Shown here: in pieces, positions 11,373 through 22,208 of the stretch
How the letters are laid out: the number at the start of each line of letters is the position of its first letter
How positions within the stretch are numbered: the first letter of the stretch is position 1
Assembly: GCA_032718475.1 (NCBI GenBank)
Contig: JAUCBJ010004501.1
Location: 1-38,537, forward strand
From: Nemertoderma westbladi
Lineage: Eukaryota > Animalia > Xenacoelomorpha
Reading direction: 5' to 3'
Length of the DNA: 38,537 nucleotides
The notes under the pieces: generated by a model
Seen by the model: the letters and a program-made list of their open reading frames with translations, nothing else
Told to the model about the DNA's origin: nothing
Database searches by the model: none
Translations under genes and position numbers: made by a program

Positions 11373-13475
11373 TAATAATAATAATATTTATTTATAACAC
11401 GCCCTATCAGTTAGTAAAAGTTGTTCAGGGCGCAATGATAAAAACAAACTATAGTATCTTAAAAATATATATATAGTTAGTACAATAAAAATAAGTTTTG
11501 AGTAAACTTAATTTTGGAACAGTGAAATAAAAAATTAAAATAAAGATTAGTCTGTAGAATACTCCAATCGAAACAGGTGGGTTTTTAGACGAGAGTTAAA
11601 CGTTTCGACCGTCGTGGCATTCCGCACATGTAGTGGAAGCGAATTCCAGATAGTTGGTGCAGCAACCGAAAAGGAACGTTTACCATAGTGCTCCATCCTG
11701 TACCGGGGTACAGTAAGTAGCCCAGCACTGCCTGATCTCAATGCACGGATTGGAATGTATTGGACAAGTAGATTGCATAAGTATTGCGGAGCCAGCCCGT
11801 GTAAACACTTAAACGTTAGTGATGCTATTTTATAATTTATTCGGCGGCGTACAGGTAACCAATGAAGTTCACGCAGTACTGGCGTTATGTGATCCCGTTT
11901 ACGTGTATTCGTCAGCATCCTCGCTGCACAATTCTGCACGTATTGTAGTCTTGCAATGTATTTCGCAGGCAACCCATAATATAGTGAATTAAACGCGTCT
12001 AGTTTACTGGATATAAGCGCATGAATAAGAATTTCGAGCAGTTTATTTCCAAAATAACGCTTTACTTTCGACAGACTACGCAAATGGTAGAACGCGTCTC
12101 TGACAGTGATAGCGATCTGTTTGGAATTCATCATATAACAATCCATTTGATACCCCAGACTACGTGCACCAGATTTGCATTCAACGGTATCAACACCAAC
12201 TCGAACCTGATGTAGGTTTAAGTCCGGGTTGAAGCGGGACTGCAAGACCAATATTTCAGTTTTATCTGTATTGAGTTTCAGGAAATGTTTTCTCATCCAT
12301 GCATTCACATCTTCGAGACATTTTTCTGTTATAGTTACCGCATGATTTATATCTGCAGGCTTAAAGGCGATATATATTTGGGTGTCGTCCGCATATAGAT
12401 GGTATTTAAGGCCATGTTTAATTATCATGGAGGACAACGATCGCGTGTAGATACTGAATAATACCGGCCCCAATACAGATCCCTGTGGTAATCCAAACTT
12501 AAGTTTTTTCATATCTGAATAAACATCACCTATACGGACCTGTTGTTTCCTATCCCCCAAGTAAGATCGGAACCATTCAAGTGCCAGACCATCAATCTTT
12601 AATTCCGACCGTAGGATATCTAAGATTTTTGAATGCTCCACCGTGTCAAAGGCGGCACTCAGATTTAACATAATCATTAAGACTGCGGATCCATCATCAA
12701 TGTCACATAAGATACTGTCAGTTACTGCTAACATCGCTGTTTCTGTTCCATGGTATTTACGATAGGCACTTTGCAATGGTTCGTGTAAGTTATTCAGATT
12801 GAGATGACTAATTAGTTGGTCAGCTACCACCTTTTCTGTAAGTTTCGCAATATATCTCAGATTCGATATCGGTCTGAAATTTTTAAAGATTTCAGGATTG
12901 AGTCGAGCTTTCTTCAATACTGGTGTCAGAATAGCCTCCTTAAATAATGTTGGTACTACTGCCGTTGCTATCGTTAGGTTTATCATCAGAGTTATGACAA
13001 CAAGGAGGGGTCCCAGGCACATTTTCAATATCCTTGTTGAGATGGGATCATTGGGGCCCGATTTCGAGTTACCATCATCTATTAGTTTCTTAACATCGTC
13101 CTCGCTTACTGGATTAAATTGACTCATGTTTACCGTATCATTACCATCCTTTAATTTACCTTTTTCAGTGGGAATGCCGTCATCGCAAGATGTTGCGAAT
13201 CCGAGGTTGGTATCATCATTGTTCCTATTGTTCATGTTCGTGGATATATCTGTGGGTCCAATTTCAATATCAATATTGCCCGTTACATTATCATCGTTAT
13301 CCTCATTCACTTCACTCCGGATACCAGCTATTTTCTGTTCAAAGTAATTAGAAAATTCATTCGCCAGATCTGTCGGTGAATCATGTGCTGGAAGCCGAGT
13401 CTCAGTCCGACGATATAATACCTTATTAGCAACCGCGAATAATGTTCTTGTATCCCCCTTATTGTTAGTCATCCC
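11373..13475 (-). mobile_element. 5'-truncated L2/CR1-group LINE
   Basis: RT ORF, 3' UTR stem-loop (GCGCCCT..AGGGCGT, 11399-11433), TATAAAT and an (ATT)n tail at ~11373-11386. No endonuclease domain visible. Confidence 0.92.
11547..13472 (-). CDS. LINE ORF2 fragment, reverse transcriptase (641 aa open frame)
   Basis: NFRPISNL, QSAYRKYHGTETA, NLSAAFDTV, GLPQGSVLGP, YADD, ITPVLRELHWLPV, APTIWNSLP, LKTHLF. Confidence 0.9.
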   Translation of the reverse strand: MTNNKGDTRTLFAVANKVLYRRTETRLPAHDSPTDLANEFSNYFEQKIAGIRSEVNEDNDDNVTGNIDIEIGPTDISTNMNNRNNDDTNLGFATSCDDGIPTEKGKLKDGNDTVNMSQFNPVSEDDVKKLIDDGNSKSGPNDPISTRILKMCLGPLLVVITLMINLTIATAVVPTLFKEAILTPVLKKARLNPEIFKNFRPISNLRYIAKLTEKVVADQLISHLNLNNLHEPLQSAYRKYHGTETAMLAVTDSILCDIDDGSAVLMIMLNLSAAFDTVEHSKILDILRSELKIDGLALEWFRSYLGDRKQQVRIGDVYSDMKKLKFGLPQGSVLGPVLFSIYTRSLSSMIIKHGLKYHLYADDTQIYIAFKPADINHAVTITEKCLEDVNAWMRKHFLKLNTDKTEILVLQSRFNPDLNLHQVRVGVDTVECKSGARSLGYQMDCYMMNSKQIAITVRDAFYHLRSLSKVKRYFGNKLLEILIHALISSKLDAFNSLYYGLPAKYIARLQYVQNCAARMLTNTRKRDHITPVLRELHWLPVRRRINYKIASLTFKCLHGLAPQYLCNLLVQYIPIRALRSGSAGLLTVPRYRMEHYGKRSFSVAAPTIWNSLPLHVRNATTVETFNSRLKTHLFRLEYSTD

Positions 13476-14779
13476 CCTTTTTGTGGTTATTCTTTGAAAA
13501 TTTCGTAATTATTCGAAAATTTCACTTTCATTTGGGGTAATGGTTCCATCCCCTTAACTTTACAGTCCTCGGGAAGTATCTGATCTTATTAGCATGCGGT
13601 CTAAAGATGTTGTTCTTGGGCATGTGGAAGACTTCTGATGCCTGGAATACGTATGTAAGGGGCATTTGCAGCATTGAATGGTGCATTGAAGATTTGGAAT
13701 TTACATAGAATACATTGAAAACTTAAGTTTCAATTATGTAGAGCAGATGTTAGAACCAGTATATTACTATATGGGAGGGAGTCTTAATGGAACATACACA
13801 ATAATACTACATCGTGCTTGCAGTTTATTTATGTACCGAGCGAGCACACAAACAAGGGTCTTTAATGCTGAAAAGTGACCTTTGCAAGCAATGATGTATG
13901 TAATTTTGTTACATTAGGTCAACTTACCAGCGTTCGTTATGTGAAGAAAGGATTTTATGGATGCTCATTTAAACATTTAAATATTTATGGCGATTTTAAA
14001 TAGCAGATACGACCAATTTTACCCGGTTGCTATGGAAAAGTCACCATGTTGCTAGGGAAGTAGTCTATATTTTTGGTATCAGATTAATCTACGCATTTTT
14101 TTTTACATATATAGTCACAGTTTCATACTTTTGTCCAGCAATTAGCGATTATGCTATTTTTAGCCTTAAGCGACCCCACTACGATTCCCTTGAGAATCAG
14201 CCTTGACCTTGACGTTGTTGGTCAGCTTTTTAGTCCAGAGAGTACATTCGTTAAATGTTGATGGCTTGCCAGGCTTCAACAGATTTCCTACTTTCATCAT
14301 CAACATAGGCCTATATTGTATTGTCTGCAGTCTAGAAATCTAGTTGGGGAGCTACTGTATGTTAATTTAGTGGTTAGCAACAAACCACCTTCACAAAGCA
14401 AACCGCAAATTATATGAAACTGCATATTTAATATCAATAACTATGGTGCTTTCACACATCATAATAAGAAATCATTAGTATTAATCAATGATAATTTATT
14501 CGAGAATAAATTAACTTGCAAGTTTCGTATTCAGTTTGGAAGGAAAACTTATCATTTAGTTGACAGAACCACGCTATCCTCAATTCAGCTTTAAAATGAG
14601 CTTTTGTAGAGATCTCTACACTCAGTGCAGTGGCTGCAACGTTGTAGCGGATAGAGGACCTCTTGTAAATAAATAATTTGGTTGTCAACCCATTGCGATA
14701 GTTATGTGTACTTGGGGATGCCGTTTACGTCGGATGGGAAGGTATCAAGTCTCTATGCATCAGCTGCGATGTGAAGAGA

Positions 14780-14940
14780 TAGTAAATAAATCTAGTATTT
14801 TTGCGACGGTAAACGCGAGCCTCCCATTTTTCTTAAATAAACGCGTCTTTAATGCGGCTGTAATATCGCGATTGTTATATGGGTCTGAAGCTTGGTTAAT
14901 AAAAAATACTTTACAACTAGACAATTTTTATTTTAGCAAG
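14780..14940 (+). pseudogene. Old non-LTR RT thumb-region fragment
   Basis: RVFNAAVISRLLYGSEAW motif. Confidence 0.55.
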
Positions 14941-15944
14941 TCGTTAGACTTGATTACTGTAAGAAAAAAATGGAAATGGATTTCTATGGGTACTTGTGAA
15001 ATCGCGGTTTAAATTGAAACATCTCAACTTGTTTTATTTCGAAAAATAGCCCCAAAACAAGAAAATTGCCATAGGCGCAATGATAAAACACCAGCTGGCA
15101 CTCATGAAAAATGTATAGAGATAGCCTGGTAATGCATTCAATAGGAAGGGCCAACTAACAAAGAAGTACTTTCTGTGCCAAGTATTATCACTCTACTCTA
15201 CAACCCAGACAGTAAGCAAACTGGTTTAGCTGGCTATTACAGTCTCAGCTGAATAACCCTTCCCAATGCATCCTTGCTATGTTAATTAATTGGCCTGCAA
15301 GCGAAATGACTGTTAGTTACACAGTGTGTTGGCTACACAGTGTATTGTACTATGCTCTCAGCGAATTATTGTTTTATTTGGAAATCTTTGTGCCAACATT
15401 AATACTGTGGAGGCTGTATGCTTATAAGGCTGAATGTTTACTCAGCCTCATAATGATTCTCCAATAGGCTAACATTATAGTTTGAAATATATTTAAATCT
15501 GTTATAATAATAATATAATTGTTGTATTTAATTAATGTCGCGGCTTACATTGAACAGTGTAAATTGTTAATCGCGGTTTACATTGAAACAACACAACTTG
15601 TTTTATTTATTACAAAAATAAGAACGAATTTGTTTTATCACTTCTTGTGCGCGATTGTATTGAATTCATGACAACTGCTGTTGTTATTATTAATCAATTG
15701 ACACCTCGACTCCTCTCTGACAACTCTATCCGATAGAACAAAATAATTATTTCGCTAACTGCTCTCCAACTTCTATAATCACAACAGCTTTTATAATTCA
15801 TTAGATGATTACAACATAATAATTACAGTTTGAAGTTTTCTAGAAAATTTTTCGTACACCACCTGGACTACCCTCACACTAATTTATTATCAGACAGAAC
15901 AAAAAGCTTTTCCTTGACTCGCACTGTCTCCTACGACTTGCTTC

Positions 15945-15968
15945 ACGGGCCGCTAGGCCCGTCTCTAG
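15945..15968 (+). mobile_element. Candidate Helitron-like 3' terminus
   Basis: GC hairpin ACGGGCC-gcta-GGCCCGT followed by CTAG|T. No 5' end identified. Confidence 0.4.
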
Positions 15969-16179
15969 TTGTAAGATGGTTAAAAATTTACTCTGTGTGA
16001 GATGTCAAACGCCGACAGATGTTTTTATCTTGAAGAATTAGGTGCACCAAATCTTAAGTATTTAATTAGTAGTGCTAGAAAACGATATATGTGTAAGAAA
16101 TATATTATCGTTTCATAAAGTCTGAATTGTGCAAATTGGTGAGAACGCCTAAAACACCTAACACTAAACTAAAACCAAA

Positions 16180-16420
16180 ACGCATCACATCAGTGGTTCC
16201 AACAAGTGGGGTAAAATGAATCCGCTTGTCCTCACATACCTCTCTATAGTGCGCTTTCTTTGTATTTACCCCCTGTTGCAGGATAGACTGGTGGAGCGTT
16301 TGGCTGATGAATAATAGGGAGCGTCAGCGTTAATAATCCCAACATTGAAAGCCGCTCCCCTCTGATCCACCCAAACGACCCGAGTAACCTAATCTGCCCA
16401 GACCCCACTTTTCGCATATC
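16180..16420 (-). pseudogene. Decayed restriction-like (REL) endonuclease fragment of a non-LTR element (CRE/Hero-like)
   Basis: Across frames: WAD*VTRVVWVDQRGAAFNVGIINADAPYY and KKAHYREVCEDKRIHFTPLVGTTD, matching RAD..RG.W..FDV..N.DA.SY..KK..Y..FTPLV. Confidence 0.6.
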
Positions 16421-16740
16421 CCTCATCATCAAGATACCCCCCACTTATCGCATATCCCATCATAATTATTTGTGAATTTGGTTTACATATTTATAGTTAA
16501 TGTCCCACACCAGTAGGTGGTCGAGAATTAGTAGAGAAAACCGTGTTTGTGTATGTGATGACATAACAGTTCAGACAGAAGGACATGTATTACTTAATCG
16601 CCCTTTAACGGGGGAACTTTAAACAATAGCCCCTTAAAATTTTACTCCTTGTCTTCGCTAATGGGCATGGAAGATTACTACAAACTTTAAAAATACATAA
16701 CTGAGGTACTAAAAATATATACGTAGGTAGATGAAACTCT

Positions 16741-17150
16741 ATTTAATAATTTAATAAAATAGTATTTATTAATAATTTAATAAAATAGCATTTATTAATA
16801 ATTTAATAAAATAGTATTTATTAATAATTTAATAAAATAGTATTTATTAATAATTTAATAAAATAGTATTTATTAATAATTTAATAAAATAGTATTTATT
16901 AATAATTTAATAAAATAGTATTTATTAATAATTTAATAAAATAGTATTTATTAATAATTTAATAAAATAGTATTTATTAATAATTTAATAAAATAGTATT
17001 TATTAATAATTTAATAAAATAGTATTTATTAATAATTTAATAAAATAGTATTTATTAATAATTTAATAAAATAGTATTTATTAATAATTTAATAAAATAG
17101 TATTTATTAATAATTTAATAAAATAGTATTTACTAATAATTTAATAATAG
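16741..17150. repeat. 26-bp AT-rich tandem repeat, ~15-16 copies
   Basis: Unit TAAAATAGTATTTATTAATAATTTAA, nearly invariant. Confidence 0.97.
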
Positions 17151-17316
17151 TATTAGTATATTGAATTATGATTTTCTTTTGATTATTTTCTCTATAATCT
17201 AATCTAATCTATTTTCTCTGATTATGATGTGATATTGTGATTGTATTGTCTGATTATGATGTGATATTGTGATTGTTATGGGTTTCCTTATTTTTCGTGA
17301 CGAACTGTTCCATTGC

Positions 17317-19500
17317 TTTTTTTTGATACTTAATATCAACAAAGTGTCGGCCGAAGCAGGAAGCTTCCCGAAGTCCTCTTTCTATAGCTGCAAGCAGAAG
17401 GTAGGGATGGGCGCTACTCCTATCTGCTACACGAAGGTAGGGGGTGGGCACTACTCCTATCTGCTACCCGAAGGTAGGGGTGTGCGCTACTCCTATCTGC
17501 TACCCGAAGGTAGGGGTGGGCATTACTCCTATCTGCTACCCGAAGGTAGAGGTGGGCGGTACTACCATCTGCTACACGAAGGTAGGGGTGGGCGCTACTC
17601 CTATCTGCTACCCAAAGGTAGGGGTGGGCGCTACTCCTATCTGCTACCCGAGGGTAGGGGTGGGCGCTACTCCTATCTGCTACCCGAAGGTAGGGGTGGG
17701 CGCTACTCCTATCTGCTACCCGAAGGTAGGGGTGAGCGCTACTCCTATCTGCTACCCGAAGGTAGAGGTGGGCGGTACTACCATCTGCTACACGAAGGTA
17801 GGGGTGGGCGCTACTCCTATCTGCTACCCGAGGGTAGGGGTGGGCGCTACTCCTATCTGCTACCCGAAGGTAGGGGTGGGCGCTACTCCTATCTGCTACC
17901 CGAGGGTAGGGGTGGGCGCTACTCCTATCTGCTACCCGAAGGTAGGGGTGAGCGCTACTCCTATCTGCTACCCGAAGGTAGGGGTGGGCGCTACTCCTAT
18001 CTGCTACCCGAGGGTAGGGGTGGGCGCTACTCCTATCTGCTACCCGAAGGTAGGGGTGAGCGCTACTCCTATCTGCTACCCGAAGGTAGAGGTGGGCGGT
18101 ACTACCATCTGCTACACGAAGGTAGGGGTTGGGCACTACTCCTATCTGCTACCCGAAGGTAGTGGTGGTCGCTACTCCTATCTGCTACCCGAGGGTAGGG
18201 GTGGGCGCTACTCCTATCTGCTACCCGAAGGTAGGGGTGGGCACTACTCCTATCTGTTACCCAAAGGTAGGGGTGGGCGCTACTCCTATCTGCTACCCGA
18301 ATGTAGGGGTGGGCACTACTCCTATCTGCTACCCGAAGGTAGGGGTGGGCGCTACTCCTATCTGCTACCCGAAGGTTGGGGTGGGCGCTACTCCTATCTG
18401 CTACCCGAAGGTAGGGGTGGGCGCTACTCCTATCTGCTACCCGAAGGTAGTTTGGGCGCTACTCATATCTGCTACCCGAAGGTTGGGGTGGGCGCTACTC
18501 CTATCTGCTACCCGAAGGTAGGGGTGGGCGCTACTCCTATCTGCTACCCAAAGGTAGGGGTGGGCGCTACTCCTATCTGCTACCCGAAGGTATGGGTGAG
18601 CGCTACTCCTATCTGCTACCCAAAGGTAGGGGTGGGCGCTACTCCTATCTGCTATCCGAGGGTAGGGGTGGGCGCTACTCCTATCTGCTACCCGAAGGTA
18701 GGGGTGGGCGCTACTCCTATCTGCTACCCGAAGGTAGGGGTGGGCGCTAATCCTATCTGCTACCCGAAGGTAGGGGTGGGCGCTACTCCTATCTGCTCCC
18801 GAAGGTAGGGGTGGGTGCTACTCCTATCTGCTACCCGAAGGTAGGGGTGGGCGCTACTCCTATCTGCTCCCGAAGGTAGGGGTGGGCGCTACTCCTATCT
18901 GCTACCCGAAGGTAGGGGTGGGCGGTACTACCATCTGCTACACGAAGGTAGGGGGTGGGCACTACTCCTATCTGCTACCCGAAGGTAGGGGTGGGTGCTA
19001 CTCCTATCTGCTACCCAAAGCTAGGGGTGGGCGCTACTCCTATCTGCTACCCGAAGGTAGGGGTGGGCGCTACTCCTATCTGCTACCCAAAGGTAGGGGT
19101 GGGCGCTACTCCTATCTGCTACCCGAAGGTTGGGGTGGGCGCTACTCCTATCTGCTACCCGAAGGTAGGGGTGGGCGCTACTCCTATCTGCTACCCAAAG
19201 GTAGGGGTGGGCGCTACTCCTATCTGCTACCCGAAGGTAGGGGTGGGCGCTACTCCTATCTGCTACCCGAAGGTTGGGGTGGGCGCTACTCCTATCTGCT
19301 ACCCGAAGGTAGGGGTGGGCGCTACTCCTATCCAAGTTTTACTCCCAGTAATGCAATTGGTCCTCATTTTATCGAACCCTAATGGGATGAACAAATGTTG
19401 GCTTAAATTTTGACTGAGTGGATCCTGGTGGGGCTCGAACATACAACCTTACATAGATTGTAAGGTCAGCGCTCAACGGGTCAACCATTACGGAATGTTC
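17317..19500 (-). mobile_element. tRNA-derived SINE, family C, containing an internally expanded minisatellite
   Basis: Minus strand has a degenerate A box ~19470-19487, B box TGTTCGAGCCC (19431-19441) and core GATAAAATGAGGACC..CTGGGAGTAAAA. It runs into the array and resumes at 17396-17325, ending in A8. Confidence 0.65.
17397..19332. repeat. 36-bp minisatellite, ~54 copies
   Basis: Unit GAAGGTAGGGGTGGGCGCTACTCCTATCTGCTACCC with recurring variants. Confidence 0.98.
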
Positions 19501-20797
19501 CCAGATCGGTGATGGATGGTAACGAAGCATTGGATTGTTTTGAATAAAATATTCATAATTGATTATATATGTGGATACTGCACTAGCCTTGAAGATGAGA
19601 AAAATGTCGCGAAAGTCATGGGGGATAGGAAGTTGTGGCGAAGCAATTTTCTTGATAAGCCGGCATGGCATTATTAATGCACGCTGCATTGGAGCATAAC
19701 AATTGTTGTTTGCATGGTGGTGGCAACAATATTTTTGTTAAGACAGCAAAATAGCATCTCATTGTGCACCTGCAATGCAGCAGGCTGATTAAAGTAGTAG
19801 TAGATATGTAAAATATATGCTTTATATAAATAAATATCAAGTTATATATTAGATATTAAATGTATAAGAAAATAAATGTCAATAAAGCAAAACACACACA
19901 AAATACACATAAAGTATACAATATTTAGATACATATATAGTATATGTTATTTGCCTGGGAATGCAGCCCCGAAAAAGCCGCCCCAAGTCAATGAGTCAAC
20001 CCAGTTTAGGTAATTAGTGTCATTGAGAAAAATATGAAGGAAAGATAATGGTTTGCCCAGAATATTGGCATACCATAGCGCAATGTCGTTAATGAAATAA
20101 TTCTCCCAGGGAGAAATGACTGTTTAGCTATAGTTTAGCATCATGATTGCTACGGTACGGCTGGGTTTTGGCTATTATTACCGGTAGATATTAGTCAATG
20201 CGAAGTATACTTGCAATATATTCCCGTTTTTTCAAATCAAATACTTTATCGTAAATACAAACTTTGTCTGAAGCTGACATTTTAACTATCTGAAAGGTAG
20301 ATAATCTACCTTGGGAATTATCTCAAGCGTTTTAATCCTCACTCTACAATCGAACTCGGATTTTCATTAATAAACAAACTAATTTCATGGAAAAGATTTC
20401 TGTATAGAGAAAATAAATGTGAGTTATCCTTTGAAATCCTTACACTAAAGACCATCGCTAAAAAAAGATAGCTAAAAGGTATGATAAAGTTCTGGTGAAA
20501 AGACACTCATCTGCAAATTTACAGGGGAGAGTCAATCGATTAGTATGTTGATATTAGTTTCAGTTTCAGCCCAGGCAAGGCAATCGATCAAAATGCTGAC
20601 TGCGAAGAAAAGCCAACAACCAAGGTGAAGGCAGAATCTCCAGCTCAGAGCGCCTCAATGGTTGAATATATACAAATTCGCGACATTTCCTTTGTCAATG
20701 TCAAATAGCATCAAGACCAATCATTCATTACTTCGTCAGAGGCATTCCTAAACTAAGAGAGCCAAACAGGAAATGAGAGTGGAGTAAGTTGGTGCCA

Positions 20798-22083
20798 CAC
20801 ACTCTATATAAATGGTGTTACACTCTATATAAATGGTGTTACACTCTATATAAATGGTGTTACACTCTATATAAATGGTGTTACACTCTATATAAATGGT
20901 GTTACACTCTATATAAATGGTGTTACACTCTATATAAATGGTGTTACACTCTATATAAATGGTGTTACACTCTATATAAATGGTGTTACACTCTATATAA
21001 ATGGTGTTACACTCTATATAAATGGTGTTACACTCTATATAAATGGTGTTACACTCTATATAAATGGTGTTACACTCTATATAAATGGTGTTACACTCTA
21101 TATAAATGGTGTTACACTCTATACAAATGGTGTTACACTCTATATAAATGGTGTTACACTCTATATAAATGGTGTTACACTCTATATAAATGGTGTTACA
21201 CTCTATATAAATGGTGTTACACTCTAAATAAATGGTGTTACACTCTAAATAAATGGTGTTACACTCTATATAAATGGTGTTACACTCTATATAAATGGTG
21301 TTACACTCTATATAAATGGTGTTACACTCTATATAAATGGTGTTACACTCTATATAAATGGTGTTACACTCTATATAAATGGTGTTACACTCTATACAAA
21401 TGGTGTTACACTCTATATAAATGGTGTTACACTCTATATAAATGGTGTTACACTCTATATAAATGGTGTTACACTCTATATAAATGGTGTTACACTCTAA
21501 ATAAATGGTGTTACACTCTAAATAAATGGTGTTACACTCTATATAAATGGTGTTACACTCTATATAAATGGTGTTACACTCTATATAAATGGTGTTACAC
21601 TCTATATAAATGGTGTTACACTCTATATAAATGGTGTTACACTCTATATAAATGGTATTACACTCTATATAAATGGTGTTACACTCTATATAAATGGTGT
21701 TACACTCTATATAAATGGTGTTACACTCTATATAAATGGTGTTACACTCTATATAAATGGTGTTACACTCTATATAAATGGTGTTACACTCTATATAAAT
21801 GGTGTTACACTCTATATAAATGGTGTTACACTCTATATAAATGGTGTTACACTCTATATAAATGGTGTTACACTATATATAAATGGTGTTACACTCTATA
21901 TAAATGGTGTTACACTCTATATAAATGGTGTTACACTCTATATAAATGGTGTTACACTCTATATAAATGGTGTTACACTCTATATAAATGGTGTTACACT
22001 CTATATAAATGGTGTTACACTCTATATAAATGGTTTTACACTCTATATAAATGGTGTTACACTCTATATAAATGGTGTTACAT
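20798..22083. repeat. 21-bp minisatellite, ~61 copies
   Basis: Unit TACACTCTATATAAATGGTGT, very homogeneous. Confidence 0.98.
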
Positions 22084-22208
22084 TTAAGGACCCGATTTCT
22101 GCAAATATACTACTATACAATATATTAAATCGTATCAGGGATCCCATTGAGAGATTGTTATGTAGCTTTGACTAATGACTATATCTTTAAGTCCCCCGGT
22201 TATGTATT

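Noticed and set aside
17397-19332. CRISPR array (36-bp palindromic repeat)
   Set aside because: Units are head-to-tail with no unique spacers, there are no cas genes and the context is eukaryotic.
17269-19413. Long repetitive ORFs (GGRYSYLLPEGR, VGATPICYPKVG) as structural proteins
   Set aside because: They follow from a 36-bp unit open in several frames on both strands; indels switch frames freely and there is no signal peptide or gene structure.
20520-20790. Host gene exon (AG acceptor-like and GTAAGT donor-like sites)
   Set aside because: No recognisable protein and stops are present; cannot be supported without transcripts.
20789-22087. 432-aa (YTLYKWC)n protein
   Set aside because: Artefact of a 21-bp tandem unit; starts at TTG and has no unique sequence.
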